A stretch of 59,989 nt of DNA, the filler included, from Sphacelaria rigidula (taxonomy: Eukaryota): the NCBI GenBank assembly GCA_964200075.2. It is 8 parts of 8 records of this genome, joined end to end, with 100 filler letters (N's around TTAATTAATTAA, not from the genome) between each part and the next. Parts side by side here need not be neighbours in the genome. Positions count along the whole stretch, not along the records: positions 22,536 to 29,946 come from CAXNAA020015050.1; positions 30,047 to 37,457 come from CAXNAA020015051.1; 6 more parts are not named here. The stretch is one strand, 5' to 3'. Below are positions 24,065-34,036 of this stretch, piece after piece. The position numbers and the translations under genes are program-made. The first letter of the stretch is position 1. The number at the start of each line of letters is the position of its first letter. A model generated the notes under the pieces. That model had not been told where the DNA came from. It ran no database searches and saw only the letters and a program-made list of their open reading frames with translations.

Positions 24065-25705
24065 TTCGTTGCCCGTTTTTCTTGGCTTAGTGGGCGTGTA
24101 TGTGTGTGTTTGTGCATTCATGTGTGTATGTATACCCATCGTCGCTAACTTTATGTTGTACTGTGAGAGGACAGGCTATTCAGACATCGACCACATCGCA
24201 CCACATCGGATTTAGCTGCTGCACGTTGAAATAGACCCAGCAAGAAAAGGACGACGTCATGATGACTATCTATTCTCCGTTGTACCGGTCTACTAAGTGC
24301 GTACTGACGGCTGTCACCACTCTCCTCAACGATACACTATACTGGCACCCTTGCTCCTTGCCACTCATGTTAGCGTCTTCGGTATGTATGGCGCCCCATT
24401 CAGCGCGCACGTGCCAATTCAGAGGCGGACAGCTCACGACATATTGCGCACGCGGCTACTCGATAAATGCTGCAGAGTTCATATGTATGCAGTATACTAT
24501 CTGTAGATCTGTACCGTGCGGTTGCGACCGAGCACATATTCTACAGACCACGATATCACCTGTTGTAACAGGTACGCTGTTAGCAAGCGAGCATCATGTG
24601 GCAGTCATACCGTTTAGAAACCAAAATGTAGTGGTTCTGTAACAGCCAGCCATTCACGTCGTCTTCTTGTTATGTACCTGCGTCATTCAACGCGCTTTTC
24701 TGCAGGATATATCACATGTTCCCAAGTGGTTCGTCAAGTAGAGGCTAGAACTGTTCTGTTTTACGGTTGTAAGTGTTGTGGTCACTCCTGAGAAACGGCA
24801 TGCATCGACAACAACGTTATGGCCACCACCACTACCGTCTGTAGTTGTAGGTAAAAGAGTGCGGAAAAAATAGAGAACGCACAACACAGCACATCAATCT
24901 GCGCGGAGTATTTCGTGAAAAGGTCGAGCATTTTAGTTGCCCCGATGTCCCGTTCTGTATGCTTCCTTTTCTTCCCAAATTTTTGAAGTTCGGAATTTTT
25001 CCGTTCGCTCATTCAGTGGCAGGTAGACAGATGAGCAGGTCGGATTACACGCCACGACAAACCGATACACTTTTTCCATTTCGTATTTGAATCAGGTCTA
25101 GGAACGGCACCGATGCGCGCTTGACCACCATCTTTTACAACCTAAAACAGCCGGGCTCTTCCTGCACAGCTGGATTTTGCAACAACCATACGGCCCAATA
25201 CATTGAAAAGCATGCGATCGCCGACACGCTGAGCACATTCTTGATGATCCCAGCTCTCACCCGTAGAAAAAAACATGGGTGGGCTCGGGTAGGCTGTCCA
25301 GGGCTGTCCACTTGATCTTTTCGAAAACGAATGTACCCCTATTATCCCATATTGTTTTGGTCGTGAATATAATGGGCAAACTACAAAACCTTTACATACT
25401 TTATTCTTCGAAATGGACTTTATATTTATGACCAAAAATATCTTGGCCAATGAACAAGCAACAGATAATTACTTGAATGGTTGAAACGCGGACAATCCTT
25501 GCCCAAGTTAACGCTGAGAATTTTCTCAGAAAGACAATATCTTTCTCTGAGCTCAAAATGAACGGTGCATCAACCAGTATCGCTCCGCGTTACCCCCCAA
25601 ACACAACCCAAGAACCCTCACATCAATCAGAGCCCACACACACTGCACACCTCGCGACGGCAGCGCAATATACCATACACTGTTGTGTAGTACAGAGAGA
25701 CAGCA

Positions 25706-26590
25706 ATGGTGGCGCCAAGCGCGATGGACATGTCATCTAAAGTCTCTGCTGGTGCTGGTGCTGGTGCTGTGCCTCCGGCTCCAGGAACTACCTCGCGGAG
25801 AAGTAAGCGCAGCTTGGGAGGCGCATCAGGTGCTCCCCCGCGGCCGCACACGTCTGCACGCGAGTGGAGCGATCTCGTAGTGGAATTGGAGTCGATTCAA
25901 CTGGGAAGCGACGTTACTACTGCTGGATTGAAAGGCGCGAGGAAGGTGTGTTTCATGCCAGTTTGTCTGGTAGGCTGGTGAAATGGCTTGTCGAGCTGTG
26001 CAACGTTCGTGGATTATCTTACCCTGCGGCACTGTTGTACTGTTGGTGTGTTGTTGCGTACTGTCTGTAAACATACTGTATTTAAACACAACAGGGAGTA
26101 TGGTTGTTCGATCTATTTCGTCTAAACCCACAAAGAATCTTTGCCTGTATCTGTCTTGCTGAATCATCTGTGGTCGATGGCTATGCACCTATCGTTGTAG
26201 AAGGAACAACAGGCAACCCACGTTGCATCATAGCTCCTCCAAGTTGACAAGTGCTTCACTCCCCTGCACCTTTGTCGCATTTCCCCCCCTTTCCCTCCTA
26301 CCCTTCAGCCGCCGGTATCTCGCTGCCGGAGCGAGCAAACCCTTTTCAGTCGCAAGCGGGATGTTGCCTACCTCGAGGGCGACCATCGCCGTACTTCTGC
26401 TGCTGATGAATGGAGCGACGACTCCAGTAGCGATGACGAAAAATTGAGCTTGGGGTCGCCACCGCCGATGCCGCCTGTACTGAAGAGGGCACGGGCTTGC
26501 TCGTTCTCGCCAGACAGGAGCCACATCAACTTTTTTTCATCGGATCAGGGTCGGAAGGATACTGATTCTACATCAGGTCCGCGGCAGTAA
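25706..26590 (+). CDS. two-exon hypothetical protein, 173 aa (exons 25706-25945 and 26309-26590)
   Basis: ATG at 25706; phase-0 donor AAG|GTGTGT; strong acceptor TTCCCCCCCTTTCCCTCCTACCCTTCAG; exon 2 is open in phase 0 (PPVSRCRSEQTLFSRKRDVAYLEGDH...DEWSDDSSSDDEKLSLGSPPPMPPVLKRAR...) to TAA. Confidence 0.6.
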
Positions 26591-28210
26591 CCCCTGCAGA
26601 GGGGCAAACAGCACAGCGGTGCGATCGAAAGTGCCGTTTTTTTTACGCAGTAGCATGTTCGTGTCATTTTTTCTCAGCCACAACGTCGGGCCAGGGTGGC
26701 GAGAGACCGAGGTCGAGGTTGCGGGTGAGTGGTGGTGGGCGTGGTGGAATTTGCTGGTATCAATCCTTCCGAGTTTCCAGATACCGTTGTGTATCGAGTA
26801 CACACTGCTTGTATCCGCTCGTGTGCGTGGAATTGTTACGGTTGGACGATACTTTCACTGCTGCGCCCGTAAAGGCGATTCTTCGGACGGGTACTGACTG
26901 GTGTGTCCTCTCATGCCATGTACATATGTACTGTAGGACTGTGTCAAGTACAAAAAAGAGAACAGGTAAACACAAGTATGAGAAGTACGCGTTGCTCGTG
27001 TGCTAAACTGCAGTCAGTACGGGTTATCCTGCCAGTATCTTTCGTTGTTGTTCCTTGTTTATTGTTGCAGGCTGGCATGCTGCAGGTATATTTATTTTGC
27101 TGTCCGTGCCAGTATAGTTTACGCCAGTTTGGTCGCCAAAATTCATGGTTGACAACATAATTTGGTTGGAGAAACCTATCAAAGGTATATGTATATATTC
27201 GGATTTTTCTGTGGTTGCAATTGACAGCACGAGCCTAAATGACGCCTCCGCCGCCGATTTCAGGCTCTGATGAGGCACAGACTTTGCCTAGGGTACGTAA
27301 CGCGCGTCCCGTGGCCTACGATCCTCTGTGAGGTGGTTTGGGGTGAGCGTCGAGGCTGCGGGGTTCAACAATTAGGCAACTACATGGGTGAACCAAGGAT
27401 TTGTTGGCGACCAACTCGCGCGTAAACGCACCTAGGTTTGTGCGGTTGATGATGTGGTGCCGTTGTCGCGCAGCGTTCTGAACGCAAACTTGAACTGAAC
27501 ATTGTTTTGCGATGATGATGGTGATGATGGTGATGGCATGCATCTGGCTTCACTACGAGTATACAACGCTCGCGCCCGCCACGTTGTGAGCTTACTATTT
27601 GGTGTGTTCACAGCTGAGTTCCGAGCATTCATTTTGTAGTTCGATGTTGCACAATGCGTTGAGGAACTGGTGATTAGGAACGAGGCATCGAGGTCAAGTA
27701 GGTTCCTCAGTTATTTAATTTCCCTCGGTTGTGCGCTAAACAACGTCATTAGTGTACTGTATGCGGCGGTGGGCCGCGAAAACCCTCCACATCGCGGTAC
27801 CGTGGTAACCCATCACAATGAAGGTTGTGCGCAGACGCCGCGGAGATTGTTGACAGTAGCGTGTTCTGATACTATTCCATTCCCGTCCATGTACACCTAC
27901 AGGGGCACTCGACGTGTTAGAAGCACTCATCCCAGGTGGATTTGTCCCGTACGTTTGTCGTGTGTCCAAGTCTAGCTGTACGGGTAGTACTAAGGGCTGG
28001 GGTGAGGGGTCCAAGGTTGTCGTTGTAGTCCCAGTGTTCGGATGAGAGCACACGCAGACGGAGAGGAGGGGTAAGAGTAGGCAAAAAATGAGTCAAATTC
28101 ACCGTGCTGTAGAACTACTGGTGTTACCGATGATGGTTCGAGTATCAGATGAGTACTTGGCTGGTACACTGATAGGGACGCAGCGGGGGAGGCAGGGAAG
28201 GGGGGGGGGG

Positions 28211-28276
28211 CGTACTCATCTGTTGCTTGCCTTAGTCGTGTGACCATCGATCACGCATCCCTTTCGAGGCGGAGCA
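28211..28276 (-). mobile_element. LINE 3'-end fragment between G tracts
   Basis: Reverse complement of 30115-30180. Confidence 0.8.
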
Positions 28277-28295
28277 AGAGGAGGGGGGGGGGGGA

Positions 28296-28441
28296 GTACT
28301 CATGATCTTGCATGCCATTAGCCATCAACACCCTCGACCTCGCATCCCTACAAAGCCGGGACGGAGCACGCCGGGTTTCCCCCAGACCAGCGTCCCAATC
28401 ACCAAGCGCGAATCGTCGTGATGTGCTCGGCGAGTTTCATG
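28296..28441 (-). mobile_element. 5'-truncated SINE-C
   Basis: Reverse complement of the SINE-C 3' third; a G12 tract lies at its 3' end. Confidence 0.8.
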
Positions 28442-29330
28442 GGGAGTGGGGGAGGGTCTACACGTCGCTGTTGCGGTCGGGAGATTCAGACGAATCTAAT
28501 GGTATTTTCTGCATACGTACACGGTGTTTTGTATGTGTACCCTTAAGACCAGAATACGCTGAAGGTGACTTCTGTTTGAAGTGGCATACGTACGTGCCTA
28601 TTTCATGGGTGAAGCTGTCGACGTATCAGTGGTCCATTTATCAGCCGTGGTCGACGTGTTTGTGGCGGAACCCGTTGGGAGACACGTGAGGGGGGTGCTG
28701 GATTGGGCGAGGTTTGAGACGGTTCGACACGTCTGAATTGGTCGTGGAATGAATGGGATGAGAGAGAAACATGGAGTTTCCCTTGAAGCCCATTTCGTGT
28801 TTGGTTCTCCAGCATGGTTGTCTTTCTTCAATCGGTTGCTGATGTTTGGCGTCGATTGAGGATATACGCTTGCACCGTCGTATGGAGCATGCATGATATC
28901 GTATGAGGGTGGCGGTAGGGGGGAACAAGAGTACTTTTGTTGTGTTGGTGATTTCTACTGGGCTCGGCTTGTTCGTTTGGTGCCACTTTTGTTGCCTGTA
29001 TTGTTTAATGTGCGTGCATATGTCAAGTCTTAGGCGGTGCGTGACGCATCGCCATGGTTCGTGTACCCGACGAGCTCAGTATAGGCGATACTACTCAACC
29101 TTTTGTGACACCGAAATATGAAGAAAATACTCAACCTTTTGTGACACCGAAATGCATTTGAGAACGGCCATCCTTCTTGACGTGTGAACATGCTTCACCG
29201 ACGGTCACCATGGAAACGATGCTGCTGCACCGTGATGTGCTACAGCAGTACGTATATGAATATGCTGATGATGACTCCTCGTTGGTCAAAGGGTTAATTG
29301 TCCCCTTGATTTTTTGAATGCCGGGCCTCG

Positions 29331-29561
29331 GGCCCTGTCTTAGCACATGAGTTTTCGATCGAAAATATGCGGTGGAAAACAAAAATCTCGATCTGATAGA
29401 CCGTGATTTCAACCATTTTGGACGATGGTTGAAATTACGGCCTATCTGATCAGGGTTTTTGTTTTATTTTTCAAGATGGTTATTGTGATAGCTTATCATA
29501 TCGGGTTTTTTGTTTTCCACCGCATAATTTCGATCGGAAGCTAGAGTGCTAAGACAGGCCC
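29331..29561. mobile_element. MITE, PIF/Harbinger-like termini
   Basis: ~65-bp TIRs GGCCCTGTCTTAGCAC...TATGCGGTGGAAAACAAAAA / TTTTTGTTTTCCACCGCATA...GTGCTAAGACAGGCCC; flanks TCG/TCA are a possible 3-bp TSD. Confidence 0.75.
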
Positions 29562-29879
29562 TCACAGTGACCAGACATCATTTTAGGATCTGAAGACGCT
29601 GGTCCGCGGATTAATCGAGCGAAATGACGGGTACAGCCCTGTCTCCCCTCAAAAACAAAAGTCGAGCACGTTAGAATTCCCCTGCCCAATTGGAATAGGG
29701 AAGGGACCTCATGATTAGTTGCTCAAGAGTATCGCGATAATTATCTATCTTTGTGCGTCAGTACTTGGACTGAACCCAACCCGCGTGATCTAGCGAGCAG
29801 GAAATCACACACTACGAATGATTATATGAACGATAAAAGAAATATGTTGCTTGGTAATCGTGGAATAAGTTAGTGCATT

Positions 29880-29946
29880 GCCGGTCGCCCCGGTGGCTCA
29901 GTTGATAACCTCGTAACCTTCTGATGGTTGTGCTGTGGGGTTCGAT
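29880..29946 (+). mobile_element. tRNA-like head of SINE T1 (cut by contig end)
   Basis: GCCGGTCGCCCCGGTGGCTCAGTTG...GGTTCGAT matches the reverse complement of 49345-49412. Confidence 0.8.
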
Positions 29947-30046
29947 NNNNNNNNNNNNNNNNNNNNNNNNNNNNNNNNNNNNNNNNNNNNTTAATTAATT
30001 AANNNNNNNNNNNNNNNNNNNNNNNNNNNNNNNNNNNNNNNNNNNN
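29947..30046. other. artificial contig spacer
   Basis: N44-TTAATTAATTAA-N44. Confidence 0.98.
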
Positions 30047-30180
30047 TGTAATGTATGTAAGAAACGCAATGAGCGCCAGAATGTTGGAGGTGTCTCTATT
30101 AGGAGTAGGAACGGTGCTCCATCTCGAAAGGGATGCGTGGTCAATGGTCGGACGACTAAGGCAAGCAACAGATGAGTACG
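30047..30180 (+). mobile_element. LINE 3' end (ORF2 C-terminus) followed by poly(C)
   Basis: Open frame CNVCKKRNERQNVGGVSIRSRNGAPSRKGCVVNGRTTKASNR* then GTACG and a C tract; linked to the RT-encoding LINE through the copy at 55410-55743. Confidence 0.75.
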
Positions 30181-30209
30181 CCCCCCGCCCCCCCCCCCCT
30201 TTTTCCCTG

Positions 30210-30400
30210 GGGCCGAACAATCTTAGCAGGATGCACCTCACCTTTCGCCGTTCATGCGACTCGCCAAACACATCATGGCGCTTCGCGCTTGGTGATTAAT
30301 TGCGAGCCTGGTTTGGCGGAAACCCGGTGTGCTCCGTCCCGGCTTTGGAGGGATGCAAGGTCAGTGGTCCTATGTCTATGGCGTGCAAGATAATGAGTAC
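30210..30400 (+). mobile_element. 5'-truncated SINE-C
   Basis: GGGCCGAACAATCTTAGCAGGATGCA...ATGAGTAC. Confidence 0.85.
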
Positions 30401-30820
30401 ACCCACACACCCCGCGCGCGCCAATTTGGGCTTTTTGTAGAAATATTTTAGGGATGGTACCGAAACTGAGATAAGGTGCACAATCTCTCAATATGCTAGT
30501 AAACCGTTTGTATCAGTGAATTGCACGCATGCAAAATACGTTACTGCGAAAATACATGAAGAAGGGAACGCCCGGCTAGTAGTGCGGTATTGCAACTCAA
30601 GTTCCGATTATCGTCATCATTTTGTCGGCCGTGGCCTCACGTCTTGATCGTCAATGAATGTTTACCTGTGTCGTCCTTCTTGCCGGTGTTTGTCGGCATG
30701 GAGAGATTCGTGTGCAGTTATTAGTGTAGTTTCCATTTCAAGCAACGAAATTGTGCGAATTGCGCGGTGTATTGTACTTGATTAGACACTCCCGCGCGCC
30801 TCCCCCCCCCCCCGAACACA

Positions 30821-31289
30821 CCATGCGGTTGGCGTACTTTGACAACGACGCTGTAAACCATGCCGCTCACTGCGTAAGCTAGGCAAGCAGGTTACCCTCT
30901 CCCCCCCGCGCTTGCGCTTTTTTGCGGTAACCATGATGGTGGTCGAGCTGGATCACATGATGTGGAGTGGTCGTACTACGTAGTGTTGATATCGTGAGAC
31001 ACCCATGGGGTAGTTTGTAATTTGTGGCTGCCTGGAGAAGTGGCGGTACCAGAAAATAAAGCAACCCATTGGAGGCTGTCATCCATATGTAAGACAATGA
31101 GTGCGCTTCGGGCCGAACACTTTTAGCAGGATGCAGCTTACCCTTCATGCGACTCATCGTACACATCACGGCGCTACGCGCTTGGTGATTGCGAGCCTAG
31201 TCCGGCGAAAACTGGGCATACTCCGTCCCGGCTTTGTAGGGACGCGAGGTCAATGGTCACAAAACCGCAGAATCCAAGATCATGAGCAC
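30821..31289 (+). mobile_element. full-length SINE-C (~470 bp)
   Basis: Same start (CCATGSGGTTGGCGT) and colinear with 50219-50702; C tracts on both sides. Confidence 0.85.
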
Positions 31290-31686
31290 AGCCCCCGCCC
31301 CCCTAGCACAGGTTGGATTGGCGCTACCCTTCCAAGGCCCATTGCTGGATAGGTGCTGTTGGGCTGGCGTTACTATGCTGTGAGGTACTAAGGCCTACAG
31401 CATGTTGTTCATCTAAGAAAAAATATTGACTCAAAAGGGGGGGGGGGGGTGAAAAATTAAATGAAACAATAAGCATCCTCTTTTTTTGTATCATTTATCG
31501 TATACGTACCATCTGAGACTACATGAGCAGATTCATTGCCGGGTAAAAAGTTGCCACCATAGAGCTATCTCCGTATCTTGCGAAGGAATGGGTTTATACC
31601 AGTGTTATCCATGTATGACAGTTCAGTTAGTTGTTCCTGAATTTGTTTACCAATCGTGTGTCACGTTGTAATCGTCGTTCCGCTAT

Positions 31687-32770
31687 GCGACGTTTACCGT
31701 GATCAACTCTTTGGTGGAAAGCGTGGCCTACCTGCGTGAGATGGGCATCGTCCGCCGAGATCTCAAGCCCGAGAACATCTTGTGCGGCAGCCGCATCGGG
31801 GGGTAAATGCTACGAAAAAATGGATAATTTTGAGCAGAAAACGCCACAAGCGGTGGCTTCTTTTTCCTGAGTCGACTCATAGAACCCCTAGTACTGGACA
31901 CCGTGCCCGCATCCACTTATCTACCCCGTTCCCTCGCTCGTTCCCATCCCACCTCGAACTGCCTTTGTGAACGGACATGTTGTGATGCCTGACGAGATCA
32001 TGATGTCTTTTGGAAGTTTGACACACATGGCACCGGAGGTGTCGGCCCCAAACGGCTACGGCAAAGAGGCAGATATATTGTCCGTGGGAACTGTCGTGTA
32101 CCTACCTCTGTGAGGCAGGTCCCCCTTCGACGGAGACACCCGCGAGGTACCTAGGCTACTGAGGGTATATCGCAGACGTGCGTATATTTTGATGTACTCG
32201 TTCATCGGAGGCAACTTTTTGTTGGTCGTTATTTGGTCTGTCCTTCCCGGTTACAGCCGGTAATCAAAATTGAGGATGGCGGAGCTTTTCATTGGGGATG
32301 ATTACCCGGAAACTTGAAATCTTCGTATTGGTATGAAGACGAAGTTTTTAATTTTCCGGGTTACCATCCTCAATGAAAAGCTCCATCCTCAATGAAAAGC
32401 CCCATCCTCAATTTTCGATGATCGGCTGTTGGGTGATGTTTTCGACCTTTGCGTATATTCAAAACTCGTTGCTCGTCCCGAAAACGCCGACATAGATGAA
32501 GTGTCCGCCGCAAGCTTTGTTTTATCTTTTTCAATGTCTCATTTGTTCTCCCTCGAACATTTTTCATCTATCCGTGCTCTCCTCTCCCCCTCAACCCGTA
32601 TGCATCATTTCACTCTGCCGTTGTCTGGGATCGATTCGTGGTGTGTTGTGTTGCTCCGCTGCCTGCAGGAGGTATAGTTGAGAATACGGTTCACGTAACG
32701 CTGGCGTGATAGACTGACCACGTGTGGGAGGGCGCCTCCAACGACCTGGCTCTCGGCTCCCTCGTGGTGG
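31687..32770 (+). pseudogene. CAMK-group Ser/Thr protein kinase pseudogene (subdomains VI, VIII-X)
   Basis: 31687-31802 [26 protein letters not shown]; ~31979-32146 GSLTHMAPEVSAPNGYGKEADILSVGTVVYLPL*GRSPFDG; from 32669 IVENTVHVTLA**TDHVWEGASND. HRD is changed to RRD, there are in-frame stops, and DFG is absent. Confidence 0.88.
32253..32429. mobile_element. foldback MITE in kinase intron
   Basis: ACAGCCG...AAAATTGAGGATGG...GCTTTTCATTG...CCCGGAAA pairs with TTTCCGGG...CAATGAAAAGC...CCATCCTCAATTTT...CGGCTGT. Confidence 0.75.
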
Positions 32771-33539
32771 TGATCGCTGTCCATCCTCGTGCGTCGCTTG
32801 TCGCCATTGCTGGTTAATGTGATGATGTACGGAGGGTTGTAGGCTTCGGGAAATCATCGAGCTGTGATCGGTTTGTTTGTGGACTCATTTATCCGGGCTG
32901 GTCTTTGTTCTTCAGAGTAACAAGAACCCCCCTCCACCCTCCCCCGTTACTTCGTGCACACATCCGTGCAGTACTCTCATTCAACTACTACATATACAGG
33001 GTACAGTTCACATTGCTTTGTATTGTGGAATATATCGGACGGGTGATGAGTTTATGCTCTCGAATACTTGAATAACAGATCAGGGTGGGTACGTACGTGT
33101 ACCGTGGTGCAGCTCGGCCTTTTGTTTGATTCTTCGATCGTCATTGTGAGATTCATTTATGTGTGTGTGTGTGCGTGTGCTTTTTTGTTGTTGTCAAGAC
33201 AGAGAAACACGGCGTGTGTGGCTGTGTTGTGTATTTATGTGCTGGGTTCTGTGCGTGTTTCTGTTTTGGTTTCTGTTTTGATTTTGGTATTCTCTGCAGA
33301 GGTGCCCAACCGCTCACACCCTTACCAGGGTGCTGAATACGGTACTATTGCGGTGATCCCGTTCCCGGCGAACCACATGCGACGGTAACGTAGGGTGCGA
33401 GGTCATGTTCTGAAGGGGGTCAGATACAAATGCAAGGAAGCGGAGGGGAGATACAGATGGTAGCTTCTTGTTGTGGCTTGTGATGGCTTGCAGGATCCGT
33501 TTTGTGGTCGTGTGCCTCGTGCCTCCCCCCCTCCCCTAG

Positions 33540-33841
33540 ATGGTGAGATACCCATGAGGCAGTGTATAAGCCGTGGCTGTTTCTGGAAGTGGCGATACCA
33601 GAAAATAAAGCAACTCATTGTAAGCTGTCATCCAAATGCAAGATGGTCAGTAGGCCTCGGGTCGAATAATTTGAGCACGATACAGCTCACCCTTCATGCG
33701 ACTCGCCGACCACACCACGATGCTTCGCGCTTGGTGACTGAGTACAAGCCTGACCCGGCGAAAACCCGGCGTGCTCCGTCCCGGCTTTGTAGGGATGCGA
33801 GGTCAATGGTCTGATGACTATGGCATGCATGATCACGAATA
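33540..33841 (+). mobile_element. 5'-truncated SINE-C with TSD
   Basis: Matches 50400-50700; flanked by CCCCTAG at 33533-33539 and 33846-33852. Confidence 0.88.
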
Positions 33842-34036
33842 CCCCCCCCTAGCTCCTTTCAACCAAGAACAGGTGGATTCTCGGAAGGGAAAGCAGAGGG
33901 GACACAGCACCCCGAAGCACGTAGACAAAGCCCAAACTGGCGAGGGGCAGAACAATCAAGCAAGAGAAGGTAGAAGTAAGAGAAACGGGAAGAGGGTAGA
34001 GACAACAAGGGAGTAGCTAATGGTTCGGAAAGGAAG

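Noticed and set aside
27267-27292. Hammerhead ribozyme (CTGATGA plus GGCA/TGCC stem)
   Set aside because: The required GAAA after stem II is absent (TAGG), and no stems I/III were found
29880-29946. tRNA-Gln gene (also 49340-49412 and 3140-3216)
   Set aside because: No proper acceptor stem, and the same head is attached to a repeated SINE body
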